Source of the DNA: an uncultured Candidatus Rokubacteria bacterium
GTDB lineage: Bacteria; Methylomirabilota; Methylomirabilia; Rokubacteriales; CSP1-6
Length of the DNA: 64,000 bases
Reading direction: 5' to 3'
Assembly: GCA_963758635.1 (NCBI GenBank)
Contig: CAVWWD010000008.1
Span: forward strand, 160,001-224,000
Made by a program: the position numbers and the translations under genes. Shown one piece after another: positions 20,276-29,766 of this stretch (the first letter of the stretch is position 1; the number at the start of each line of letters is the position of its first letter). The notes beneath the pieces were generated by a model. It had not been told where the DNA came from, searched no databases, and saw only the letters and a program-made list of their open reading frames with translations.

Positions 20276-21324
20276 CTACACTATCGCGGCGTGAACGATC
20301 GTGCCCTCGTGCGCGAGGGCGGCGCCGCGATACCTGTCCACCCGCCACTCGCAGAGCCGTCCCACGCCCGCGCTGCCTCGGATCGAGCCGCCCGCGGCCG
20401 CGGTGTCGGCCAGCATCGCGTGGAGCCGGCCCCGCAGGTCCGCCTCCGGCACGGACGCGCCGCCCGGCCGGGAGTGCGCCTCGAGCGCGTGCGCGCGGAG
20501 CAGCTTGCGCCACTGGCGCGCGAAGAGGCCCCCGTCGCGGAAGAAGTCGAGGCCGCTGAAGCTCGTGCCCACGAAGACGGCCGCGCCCACCGCGGCGACC
20601 GAGGCCTTCACGTCGAGCGAGCGCTCGGCCTCGTCCAGCTCCTTGCGCACCATTGGCTGCTCGTAGATCTCCTGGTAGCTCGCCGTCGGCGACGGCGGAG
20701 CCGCCGCGGCCCGGGCGGACCGGTTCACCTCGGACCAGACCCGCGCCTGGGGCGCGCGGTCGTACACCTCGCGGCGGAGCCCGGGCTGGGCGAACGTGGA
20801 CTTGCTCTCGAAGTCCCGCCGGCCCTCGTTCCAGCGGCCCTGCTCCACGCAGTAGACGGCGACGGTGCGCGGTCCGCTCGCCGGGGGCAGCAGGATGTCG
20901 TCCCGCAGCACGCGGTTCTGCTTGCCGCCGATCAGGATCTCGCCCGCCATCAGCAGCACGTGGGACTTCCCGCGGTTGTCGACGACCAGCTCGGGAACGC
21001 TGGCCCGGTCGCGCTCGGACGCTGATGGCGAGCGCCCCGGACGACCGCGCTTCCTCGAGGGTGGCGATCGACGCCGGCGGCGCGGTCTCCGTGGCGTGCA
21101 GCCAGAAGACGAGCAGACTGCCGTGGCGGCTCGCCGGGCCCACCCGGAGGCGGCCCGCGGCGCGGGAGAGCTCGGGCAGCTTCCCGGTGGCGAACGGGAT
21201 GACCGTCTCCTCGGTGGGTTCCTCCAGGACCTCGCACCCGCCGCGCCCACGCGGGACCGGGCACCGCGGCGCCGAGCAGCGCGAGCTGACCGATCCACAG
21301 GGCCTTCCGTCTCGACATGGTCAT
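20276..21324 (-). CDS. ARPP-1/DUF6569-like protein with twin-arginine-like signal (frameshifts in the 5' part)
   Basis: MTMSRRKALWIG...; VPELVVDNRG..VLLMAGEILIGGKQNRVLRDDILL..VAVYCVEQGRW. Confidence 0.7.
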
Positions 21325-21427
21325 GGCCTTCCTCCCCGCCCCGGTGGATGGACGGCTCACCCGGGGCATCCGGCCACTTAGACCGGAAGCGGAGAGGAAA
21401 GTTCCCGCGTCGCTCCGGGCGCCGCGC

Positions 21428-21535
21428 GCAACGCGAGTGCCTGACCCCGAAGTTGCACGAACGTTGCAACGCGAGTGCCTGACCCCGAAGTTGCGCAAGG
21501 ACGCAACGCGGAGGGGTCAGACCCTCGCGCAACGG
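21428..21535. repeat. REP-like repeat cluster
   Basis: Two identical 29-bp copies of GCAACGCGAGTGCCTGACCCCGAAGTTGC (21428, 21466) plus a GGGGTCAGACCC unit. Confidence 0.75.
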
Positions 21536-21550
21536 GGAGCGAGCGGGTTT

Positions 21551-22840
21551 CTACCGGGTCTTGCGGCGGGAGCCGGAGACGGACAGGCGCTTGGCGGGGG
21601 CGCGGGAGGCGCGGGGCTCGCCGGTCGGGCGATGGCCGGCGGGGACGACGCAGCGGGCCGGATCGGCCTCGGCGAGCACCACCGGCCGGTGGCCGGTGTG
21701 GACGTACTCCGCGATGAGCTGTCCGGCCATGGGACCGCGGCCGAAGCCCGAGGAGGCGAGGCCGGTGACGATGAACAGATCGGGCAGGGCCAGAATTCGG
21801 CCGATGATCGGTTCGCCGTCCAGCGGGAACGGCATGAGCCCGGCCCACGTCCGGCGCACCGGGAGCTGGCCGAGGAACGGCAGGACCTCGCCCGCGTGCC
21901 GCTTGTTCTCGTCCACGCCCGCCGGATCCGGTGAGGTGTCGTAGCCGACCGTCTCGCGGTCGCCGCCGAAGATGATCTCGCCCGTGCGGGTCTGGCGGCC
22001 GTAGAGGTGGCGGGTGATCCGCGCGCCTTTCCTGTGCGTCAGCTCGGGTGGCGTGTCCACGTCTCCCTCGGGATGGCGGTGCCAGTCGAGCGCGGACTCC
22101 GTGGACGAGATGACCTGGAACATGCATGGCGGGACGGGGTCGCTGGCCCACATCTGGCCGCGCACGGGCACGATCGGGATGTCGAGCCCGAGCATGCGTC
22201 CCACCTCGGCGCACCACGCTCCCGCCGCGATCACGAGCGTGCCGGCATGGAGCTCGCCGTGCGGCGTCTCGATCCGGTATCCCGCGCCCGTCGGCGCCAG
22301 CGCGAGCACCTGGTGACCGGTGAGGATGCGCGCGCCGGCGGCGGCGGCGACCTGCGCGAAGGCCCGCGTGGCCTTCTTCGGATCGGCCTGGGCCCGGAGC
22401 GGAGAGTGGACGGCGCCCAGGAGCTCGGGCGACATCGCGGGCTCGATGCTCCGCGCCTCGCGGATGCTCAGGAGCTCCACGGTGTAGCCGTCGGCCCGGA
22501 GGGCCTGCACCTGGTCGCGCGCGAACTCGTACTGCGCCTCGGTCTGGATGGCCTGGAGTGCCCCCGACTGCCGGAACTCGATGTCCTGCTCCAGGTCCAG
22601 CTCGAGGCTCCTGAAGATCTCGAGGCTGCCCGTGGTGAGCGTGGCCTGGAGGTCGGGGATGCGGCCCCAGCCCAGCGCGCCGATCGAGCCCGCGTTGACG
22701 CCCGACGCCTCGGAGGCGATCTCTCCCCGCTCGAGCAGGGCGACGTCGCGCCCGGCTCGCGCGAGGTGATACGCGGCGGACGTGCCGGCGATGCCACCGC
22801 CGACGACTGCGATCTCGGCCCGTCCCGGAGAGCGGCTCAT
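21551..22840 (-). CDS. FAD-dependent oxidoreductase (DAO / glycine-sarcosine oxidase family)
   Basis: IAVVGGGIAG, ASGVNAG, IAAGAW, PVRGQ, WAGLMPFPLDGEPIIG. Confidence 0.9.
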   Translation of the reverse strand: MSRSPGRAEIAVVGGGIAGTSAAYHLARAGRDVALLERGEIASEASGVNAGSIGALGWGRIPDLQATLTTGSLEIFRSLELDLEQDIEFRQSGALQAIQTEAQYEFARDQVQALRADGYTVELLSIREARSIEPAMSPELLGAVHSPLRAQADPKKATRAFAQVAAAAGARILTGHQVLALAPTGAGYRIETPHGELHAGTLVIAAGAWCAEVGRMLGLDIPIVPVRGQMWASDPVPPCMFQVISSTESALDWHRHPEGDVDTPPELTHRKGARITRHLYGRQTRTGEIIFGGDRETVGYDTSPDPAGVDENKRHAGEVLPFLGQLPVRRTWAGLMPFPLDGEPIIGRILALPDLFIVTGLASSGFGRGPMAGQLIAEYVHTGHRPVVLAEADPARCVVPAGHRPTGEPRASRAPAKRLSVSGSRRKTR

Positions 22841-22916
22841 GGATGCGGCATCCTATCACGCCCGCGGAGGACCCGGCGGCGTGGAGCGCCGCTCGTCGCG
22901 GAACGGCGGTCGATGG

Positions 22917-24179
22917 TCAGCTGGCGTCCCTCGGCAGCAGCGGCTGGAGCTCGCGATGGAGCAGCTCGGCCATGAGCCGGTGGCCCTCCGTGGTGAAGTG
23001 GCACTCGTCGGAGAAGAGGTCCTGCCGGCCTTCGAACGCCCGCTGCACGTCGACGGCGGGGATACCGGCGTTGCGCGCCACTCGACGGAGCGCCTCGTTG
23101 TACTTCGGCACGTCGCGCCGCCACGTGGGGTTGTCCTGGATCTCCCGCGGCGTCGCCCGGTGCGGGCGGGTGAGGAGGACCACGGTGGCGCCGTGCCGCT
23201 TCCCCTCCTCGCCGAACGCGGCGAGGTTCGTCGCGTAGTCCGCGAGGGAGACGCGCGGCTCCGTTCCCGCGCTGGCCTGAGGCGCCGCGGTGAGCTGGTG
23301 ACGCAGCATAAGGTAGAAGCGGTAGCGAAGGAGCCCCCGCTGCACCGGCGCCAGCGGGCTGACCTGGAAATCCTTGTCCGGCTTCCCGAGCGCTTCGGGG
23401 AGATCGTTCCATCCGAACGAGACCAGGACCACGTCGGGCTGGTAGCGGCGGGCCTCCTGCCGGAACCGCCTGAGTCCCTGCAACGACGAGTAGCCGCTGA
23501 CGCCGGCGTTCAGCACCTGGACGCGGCGGCGGATCCCGTTCTCCAGCAGGCGCTGGAGCTCCGCCGGCCAGCCGCCCTGATCCGGGCCGTCGGTGTTGGA
23601 GTCGCCGTACGCCATGATGCGCAGCACACGGGGCGGCTTGGGGACCTCCACGAGCGGGCCCTTGAACCGTTGCGCGGTGTAGGGGGCGACGGGCAGCGGA
23701 CGCCAGAAGAGCACGGGATCTGGCTCGCGGTAGCTATCCACCGTGATGTGGAAGCGGCGCCAGTCCTCGCTGAGGCCTCCGGTGTCCGCGGCCACGGTGC
23801 GGAAGGGCACGTAGTAGGAGACGAGCCCGGTGTCGGTCAGGACCTGCGCCGCCAGCTCCAGCGCGCCGAAGGGGATCACCACTGAGAGGCTCGCGACCAC
23901 CGCGGCCTGGGCGGCGCCGTGCTCGAGGCGGCGGGCCAGCCGCTGCGCGCGCTCGCGGGTGAGGAGGAACGGCAGGGCGAGCAGCAGGAAGAGGACGACG
24001 GCCAGAACGTTGCCGCCGTTGCGCGACAGGAACGGGAACGACAGGCCCACCGCCCCCGCGACCGTCGAGACCACGACGGCCACGGCGAGTGCCGATCGCG
24101 CGCCGTGCATGACGCCTGCGTGGAGCGTCGCCAGCACGGGCACGACGAGAGCGAGCGACGCCAGCGCGGTGCGGCTCAT
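22917..24179 (-). CDS. membrane-anchored SGNH/GDSL hydrolase
   Basis: N-terminal TM segments; AYGDSNT, NAGVSGYSS, FGWND, DECH. Confidence 0.85.
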   Translation of the reverse strand: MSRTALASLALVVPVLATLHAGVMHGARSALAVAVVVSTVAGAVGLSFPFLSRNGGNVLAVVLFLLLALPFLLTRERAQRLARRLEHGAAQAAVVASLSVVIPFGALELAAQVLTDTGLVSYYVPFRTVAADTGGLSEDWRRFHITVDSYREPDPVLFWRPLPVAPYTAQRFKGPLVEVPKPPRVLRIMAYGDSNTDGPDQGGWPAELQRLLENGIRRRVQVLNAGVSGYSSLQGLRRFRQEARRYQPDVVLVSFGWNDLPEALGKPDKDFQVSPLAPVQRGLLRYRFYLMLRHQLTAAPQASAGTEPRVSLADYATNLAAFGEEGKRHGATVVLLTRPHRATPREIQDNPTWRRDVPKYNEALRRVARNAGIPAVDVQRAFEGRQDLFSDECHFTTEGHRLMAELLHRELQPLLPRDAS

Positions 24180-24287
24180 CGGCCCATCATCTCCCTGCGG
24201 AGGCCAGTGGGTATGGGCGCGGCCTCGTCGAGGACCCGCAACGCCATCCGGTACGTCGGCCGATGGAGGTCCTCGGCGGATGTATAG

Positions 24288-24476
24288 CACGTCATCTACC
24301 ACGGGCGCACCGCGTACGAGGACGAGGAGGCCGCCGACAGCGACCGCCTCCTCCTGTGCCTGTGGCTGTCGGTGCCGAACAGCCGGCCGCTGCCGGCGGG
24401 CTTCGACGTGCTGTGGGGGAGCATCGAGGCCGGCGCCCTGCGGGGCGGGATCGCCCAGACCGCCGCTCGCGGCTGA
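24288..24476 (+). pseudogene. C-terminal fragment of a TauD/TfdA-family dioxygenase
   Basis: HVIYHGRTAYEDEEAADSDRLLLCLWLSVPNSRPLPAGFDVLWGSIEAGALRGGI with no upstream body. Confidence 0.65.
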
Positions 24477-24591
24477 GCGCCGGATTCCCGCGGGGCGGAG
24501 GGGCGCGCCGGACCGAAGGGGCTGCGGCTGACGGAAGGGGAGGCTGACGGTGTCGCGCGTTCCCGCGCGGAGGCCGTGCTAGACTTCGCGC

Positions 24592-25026
24592 GTGACGCGC
24601 GCTGTCTCCACCCACGAGCGCCTCGACAGCGACGAGGAGATCAAGGGCTCCTCGAACCGGGCCTTCGGGCTGGTGATGGGCGCCGCCTTCGCCATCGGCG
24701 GGCTGGCTCCGCTGGTCCGCGGTCACGCGCCGCGCTGGTGGTGTCTGGGCGTGGCCGTCGCGTTCCTCCTGGCCGCCCTGGTGTGGCCCGCCGTGCTCGC
24801 GCCCCTCAACCGCCTCTGGCTCGCCTTCGGTCTCCTGCTGCACCGCATCGTGAGCCCGGTGGTCATGGGCCTGGTGTTCTACGGCGTGGTGACGCCGATC
24901 GGGCTCCTCATGCGACTCGCGGGCAAGGACCTGCTCCGCCTGCGGCTGGACCGGTCCGGCCCGAGCTACTGGATCGAGCGCCAGCCTCCCGGCCCGGCTC
25001 CCGACTCCATGCCGAGGCAGTTCTAA
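24592..25026 (+). CDS. SxtJ family membrane protein
   Basis: SSNRAFGLV, PLNRLWLAFGLLLHRIVSPVVMGLVFYGVVTPIGLLMR..GKDLL..SYWIER. Confidence 0.85.
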   Translation: MTRAVSTHERLDSDEEIKGSSNRAFGLVMGAAFAIGGLAPLVRGHAPRWWCLGVAVAFLLAALVWPAVLAPLNRLWLAFGLLLHRIVSPVVMGLVFYGVVTPIGLLMRLAGKDLLRLRLDRSGPSYWIERQPPGPAPDSMPRQF

Positions 25027-25028
25027 GC

Positions 25029-25181
25029 ATGCTGTCGTTCGTCTCCGAGCTCTGGGCCTTCGTCCGGGTGCGGAAGAAGTACTGGCTGGTGCCGATCCTC
25101 GTGATGCTCGCGCTGTTCGGCGGGCTCATCATCCTCACGCAGGGCAGCGCGGTGGCGCCCTTCATCTACACCCTGTTCTGA
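25029..25181 (+). CDS. DUF5989 / SxtK-like small membrane protein
   Basis: ELWAFVRVRKKYWLVPI...GSAVAPFIYTLF. Confidence 0.88.
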   Translation: MLSFVSELWAFVRVRKKYWLVPILVMLALFGGLIILTQGSAVAPFIYTLF

Positions 25182-25219
25182 CATGAACCCTGCGTCTGAC
25201 ATGAACCGCCGGCTCTGAC

Positions 25220-27055
25220 ATGCGCATCCTGGGACTCTCGGCCTTCTACCACGACAGCGCCGCCGCCCTGGTGGAGGACGGCCGCATCGTGGCCGCGGCC
25301 CAGGAGGAGCGGTTCACGCGCAAGAAGCACGACGCGCGCTTCCCGAAGCACGCCATCGAGTACTGCCTGGCCGAGGCGGGGATCCGGCTGGACCAGGTCG
25401 ACCACGTCGCGTTCTACGACAAGCCGTTCCTCAAGTTCGAGCGGCTGCTCGAGACGTACCTGGCCTTCGCGCCGCGCGGCTTCCGGTCGTTCTCGATGGC
25501 CATTCCGGTCTGGCTCAAGGAGAAGCTCTTCCAGAAGAGCCTCCTCGTGCGCGAGCTCAAGGCGTTCGCGCCCGACTACGACTGGGACCAGCGGCTCCTG
25601 TTCGCCGAGCACCACCAGAGCCACGCGGCCAGCGCGTTCTTCGCCTCGCCGTTCGACGAGGCGGTGGTCCTCACCATGGACGGGGTGGGGGAGTGGGCCA
25701 CCACCTCGCTGGGCGTCGGCTCGGGGAACCGGCTCGAGATGCTGCGGGAGATCCACTTCCCGCACTCGCTCGGCCTGCTCTACTCGGCCTTCACCTACTA
25801 CACCGGCTTCAAGGTGAACTCCGGCGAGTACAAGGTGATGGGCCTGGCGCCCTACGGGGAGCCGAAGCACGCCCAGCTCATCCTCGACCGGCTCGTCGAC
25901 CTGAAGCCGGACGGCTCGTTCCGGCTCGATCTCTCGTACTTCAACTACTGCACCGGCCTCACGATGACCAACGAGCGCTTCGACGCGCTCTTCGGCGGGC
26001 CGCCGCGCGGCCCCGACCAGCTCCTGACCCAGCACCACATGGACCTGGCCGCGTCGATCCAGGCGGTGACCGACGAGGTCGTGCTGCGGCTGACCCGGTC
26101 AGCGGTGACCGCCACCGGGCGCGAGAACCTGTGCCTGGCCGGCGGCGTGGCGCTGAACTGCGTGGCCAACGGCAAGGTCTGGCGAGACGGCCGCGTCAAG
26201 GGCCTCTGGGTGCAGCCCGCGGCGGGCGACGCGGGCGGCGCGCTCGGCGCCGCGCTCTGCGGCTACCATCTGTTCCGCGGCCAGCCGCGGTCGGTGTCGG
26301 GCCAGCTCGACGCCATGCAGGGCGCGTATCTCGGCCCGGCGTTCCCGCAGGCGGAGATCGAGGCCCGGCTCGGCGCCGCCGGCGCGCGCTTCTCGGTGCT
26401 GGGCGAGCGCGCCCTGATCGACACCGCGGTGGACGCGCTCGCCGACGGCCGCGCGCTGGGCTGGTTCCAGGGGCGCATGGAGTTCGGCCCGCGCGCGCTG
26501 GGCGCCCGCTCGATCCTGGGCGACGCGCGCTCGCCCAGCATGCAGTCGGTGCTGAACCTCAAGGTGAAGTATCGCGAGTCGTTCCGCCCGTTCGCCCCCT
26601 CGGTGCTCCGCGAGGACCTCGAGGAGTGGTTCGACCTGGACACGGACAGCCCGTACATGCTGCTGGTCGCCGACGTGGCCAAGCGGCACCGGCGCGAGAT
26701 GACGTCGGCGGAGCAGGCGCTCTTCGGGATCGACAAGCTCAACGTGCCGCGCTCGAGCATTCCCGCGGTGACGCACGTGGACTACTCGGCGCGCATCCAG
26801 ACCGTGCACCGCGAGACCAACCCGCGCTACCACGCCCTCATCGAGGCCTTCCGCGCGCGCACCGGCTGCCCGGTGATCGTGAACACGAGCTTCAACGTGC
26901 GCGGCGAGCCCATCGTGTGCACGCCGGAGGACGCCTTCCGCTGCTTCATGGGGACGGAGATCGAGGCGCTCGCCATCGGTGACTGCTTCCTGAGGAAGGA
27001 AGAGCAGGACCCCGCCAAGAAGCTCGACTACCGCACCGCGTTCTCCCCCGACTGA
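25220..27055 (+). CDS. O-carbamoyltransferase (NodU/CmcH/SxtI family)
   Basis: ILGLSAFYHDSAAA, QEERFTRKKHD, HHQSHAASAF, DGVGE, GEYKVMGLAPYG, GRMEFGPRALG, NTSFNVRGEPIV. Confidence 0.95.
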   Translation: MRILGLSAFYHDSAAALVEDGRIVAAAQEERFTRKKHDARFPKHAIEYCLAEAGIRLDQVDHVAFYDKPFLKFERLLETYLAFAPRGFRSFSMAIPVWLKEKLFQKSLLVRELKAFAPDYDWDQRLLFAEHHQSHAASAFFASPFDEAVVLTMDGVGEWATTSLGVGSGNRLEMLREIHFPHSLGLLYSAFTYYTGFKVNSGEYKVMGLAPYGEPKHAQLILDRLVDLKPDGSFRLDLSYFNYCTGLTMTNERFDALFGGPPRGPDQLLTQHHMDLAASIQAVTDEVVLRLTRSAVTATGRENLCLAGGVALNCVANGKVWRDGRVKGLWVQPAAGDAGGALGAALCGYHLFRGQPRSVSGQLDAMQGAYLGPAFPQAEIEARLGAAGARFSVLGERALIDTAVDALADGRALGWFQGRMEFGPRALGARSILGDARSPSMQSVLNLKVKYRESFRPFAPSVLREDLEEWFDLDTDSPYMLLVADVAKRHRREMTSAEQALFGIDKLNVPRSSIPAVTHVDYSARIQTVHRETNPRYHALIEAFRARTGCPVIVNTSFNVRGEPIVCTPEDAFRCFMGTEIEALAIGDCFLRKEEQDPAKKLDYRTAFSPD

Positions 27056-27152
27056 CCCCCGGGGTCAGACCTTCGCTGCCGCCGCCGCGCAACGTTGGGA
27101 TCAGACCCTCGCGTTGCGGTCAGGCGAGCAACATCGGGGTCAGGCACTCGCG
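27052..27152. repeat. REP-like repeat cluster between convergent genes, same family as 21428-21535
   Basis: CTGACCCCCGGGGTCAG palindrome, and GCAACATCGGGGTCAGGCACTCGCG (27128-27152), the reverse complement of the 21428 unit with 1 mismatch. Confidence 0.7.
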
Positions 27153-27179
27153 CACCGTCCGCTCTGACTGGATCGTCGC

Positions 27180-28157
27180 TCAGGCGATCGCCGCGTTCGA
27201 CCGCGCCCACTCCACGTAGGCAGCGAGACCGCCGGCCAGGTCGTGGCGCGGCACCCATCCCAGGTCCTGCCGGAGGCGGTCCACGGAGAGCGGCCCGCGC
27301 GCCGGGCTGGCGCTCCACGGTGACGCCTCGGCGGGGCGGCGTGCGATCGCGAGCGACGGGACGAGCCGGCCGAGCGCGGCGAGCGCCTCGTCCGCGGAGG
27401 TGAGGCGGCCCCAGCCCACGTTGTACACGTCGTGCGGGAGCCGGTCCGCGAGCAACACCGCTGCGATGCCGCTGCCGATGTCGGGCGCGTACACCCAGTC
27501 GCGCGGAGGGACGGCCTGGCCCAGGACCACGGCGGGCGCGCCGCGCACCGCCGCCACCGTCCACTCCCGCAGCGGCGACAGGAGCGGGCGCGAGCCGGTG
27601 TCGCGCTCGAACGGGCCGAACGGCGAGGCCAGGCGGGTCGCCGCCACGTCCAGCCCGTGCGCGCGTCCGAACCGCCGCGCGAGCGCCTCCGCGGCCCACT
27701 TGGTGATCGCGTAGAGCCCCTCCGGGTTCGCGGGGTCGTCCTCGGTGATGACGCGCAGGTCCGGCCGCGGCCCGTAGATGCTCCCGCTCGACACCACCAC
27801 GACGCGGCCGGCGCCCGCCCGCCGCGCCGCCTCGAGCACGTTCAGCGTGCCCGTGACGTTCACGTCGGCGGTGGCCAGGAACCGCGCGCGCTCCACGTCG
27901 GGCGGGATGCTGGTGAGGGCGGCGCCGTGGACGATCCGCGCGGGCCCGGTCTCGGCGATGAGCCGCGCCGTCGCGTCCCGGTCCGTCACGTCGATCTGGC
28001 GGAACTCCACCCGCCCGCGAAGATTGCCGAGGAACCCGCGGAGGGCGGGGTGGGGTGGGTTCAGGTCGGCGGCGAGGACGTCGTGGCCCTCCTCGGCGAG
28101 GTGACGGACGACGTTGGCGATGACGAATCCGGTGGCGCCGGTGAGCAGGATGGTCAT
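27180..28157 (-). CDS. NAD-dependent epimerase/dehydratase
   Basis: ILLTGATGFV, VNVTGTLNVLEAA, SSGSIYG, YAITK. Confidence 0.88.
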   Translation of the reverse strand: MTILLTGATGFVIANVVRHLAEEGHDVLAADLNPPHPALRGFLGNLRGRVEFRQIDVTDRDATARLIAETGPARIVHGAALTSIPPDVERARFLATADVNVTGTLNVLEAARRAGAGRVVVVSSGSIYGPRPDLRVITEDDPANPEGLYAITKWAAEALARRFGRAHGLDVAATRLASPFGPFERDTGSRPLLSPLREWTVAAVRGAPAVVLGQAVPPRDWVYAPDIGSGIAAVLLADRLPHDVYNVGWGRLTSADEALAALGRLVPSLAIARRPAEASPWSASPARGPLSVDRLRQDLGWVPRHDLAGGLAAYVEWARSNAAIA

Positions 28158-29515
28158 GGGATGGTGCACGCCACCAGGTCGCGCGCGTCCGCCACGGTGT
28201 CGAGCCGATCCACGAGATCGATGAGGCGCTCGCCTGCCTCCCGCGGCAGCGGCGTGGCGCCGTATCCCCAGCAGCGGCGGAACTTGTCCAGGTGTTGCGC
28301 GCGGGACAGCGGCCGCTCGGGGTGCCCGAGCACCTGGTCCAGGCGGACCTCGTGGCGCCGTCCGCCCGCCAGCTCCACGAGGACGGTCTGGGGCACCAGC
28401 GCGTTCTCGTCCGGATTGCCGTCGGAGGCAACCTCCACGCGCGCGGCCAGCTCGTGGGTCCGCGGGTCGGCGAGGCGGTCGCCGCGGAAGTCCGGCACGT
28501 CGACCCCTCCGCGCAGGAGCGCGGTGGCGGCGACGAAGGGCAGGCAGAGCCGCGCATAGCTTGGCGCGGGCGCCGGGACGTTGGGGCGCCCCACGAGACG
28601 AAGCACGAGCGGCGGCACGCGCGCGACGACGCGCGACACGTCGGCCGCGGCGAAGCCGTGCGCGGCCTGGAGGGTGCGGAGCCCGTCCACCGCGCCGTGG
28701 GTGAGGCGCCCGCTCGGGAACGGCTTGTGGGCGAGCTCCGCCACGCGCCAGACCTTGCCCAGCTCGCGGAGCGCCGGCTCCACGTCGTACGCGTCGCCCT
28801 CGAAGAGCCGGAAGTAACCGTAGCGCCCCTCCAGCACCTCGCGCGGCCCGCTCACGCCCGCGCGCGCCAGGTCCACCGCGGTGACCGCGGCGCGCGCGGC
28901 GAACCCGATCTGGAGCGCGAGGAGCGGGGAGCCCTCCACGTGGGGCTGGAGCGTGCCGGAGATCTGGCCGTAGGCGAGCCCGAACGCGCTCGTCAGCGTG
29001 GCGGCGTCGAGTCCGCCGAGCTTGCCGAGCGCGGCCACGGCGCCGAACGTGCCCGCCGTGGCCGGCCGGAAGAAGCGCATGGCGCCTCGCGCGGCGAGGC
29101 CGAGGGTGGCCGCCACGTCGACGCCCGCGGCGATCGCGGTGATCACGTCGGCGCCGGTCGCGCCACCGCGGCGTTCGACGTCGGCGAGGAGCGCCGCGCA
29201 GAGCGTCGCCATCGCGTGGACCACGGCGCCTTCGTGCACGCAGTCGTACTCGAGGCCGTGCGTGCGGTGCGCGTTGACCAGGGCGGCGGCGGGCGCGGGC
29301 AGGCGCACCGTCGTGCCCCACACCGCGCTGTCCGTGCCCGTGCCCCAGCCGCGCGCGGTGTCGAGCACGGTGGCCGACACCGCCTCGCCGCCGCCGGCGA
29401 TGCCTACGCCGATGCTGTCGAGCAGGAACGTCTTCGCCGCGGCGACCGCCGCCGGCGACAGGTCGCTCGGCGACAGCGTGACGACGTGCTCCGTGAGCCT
29501 CTCGATGGGATCCAC
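28154..29515 (-). CDS. MmgE/PrpD family protein
   Basis: LLDSIGVGIAG, AALVNAHRTHGLEYD, KPFPSGRLTH, GHPERPLS. Confidence 0.88.
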   Translation of the reverse strand: MDPIERLTEHVVTLSPSDLSPAAVAAAKTFLLDSIGVGIAGGGEAVSATVLDTARGWGTGTDSAVWGTTVRLPAPAAALVNAHRTHGLEYDCVHEGAVVHAMATLCAALLADVERRGGATGADVITAIAAGVDVAATLGLAARGAMRFFRPATAGTFGAVAALGKLGGLDAATLTSAFGLAYGQISGTLQPHVEGSPLLALQIGFAARAAVTAVDLARAGVSGPREVLEGRYGYFRLFEGDAYDVEPALRELGKVWRVAELAHKPFPSGRLTHGAVDGLRTLQAAHGFAAADVSRVVARVPPLVLRLVGRPNVPAPAPSYARLCLPFVAATALLRGGVDVPDFRGDRLADPRTHELAARVEVASDGNPDENALVPQTVLVELAGGRRHEVRLDQVLGHPERPLSRAQHLDKFRRCWGYGATPLPREAGERLIDLVDRLDTVADARDLVACTIP

Positions 29516-29570
29516 GTCGCCGGTGCTCGCTACGGCCGCGTCGCCGCCGTCACGTCTGTCGCGCGAGGGC

Positions 29571-29718
29571 GGGGGCGGCGGGGAGGCAGCTGGGGTCGCG
29601 GAACCACGCCGCACGCGTGCGCTGCCCCGCTGGGACTGGGCTCCATCCGGGCGCCCGGGGTCCGAAGACCGATGGAGGGGAAGGGCCCCGCGACCCCAGC
29701 TGCCTCCCCACCGCCCCC
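29571..29718. repeat. 148-bp element with 31-bp terminal inverted repeats
   Basis: 29571-29601 and 29688-29718 are reverse complements with 1 mismatch; inner CTCCATC/GATGGAG pair. Confidence 0.8.
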
Positions 29719-29766
29719 ACGTCATTCGCCATCGACGTCACTTCGGTCACGGCAACGGCAACCGGC

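Noticed and set aside
21428..21494. Possible mini-CRISPR (29-bp repeat twice)
   Set aside because: Only two copies, a 9-nt spacer, no cas genes, and an inverted copy elsewhere fits a REP-like family
22917..27055. Saxitoxin biosynthesis
   Set aside because: Only the widespread accessory sxtIJK/L-like families are present; no sxtA, sxtG or other core genes
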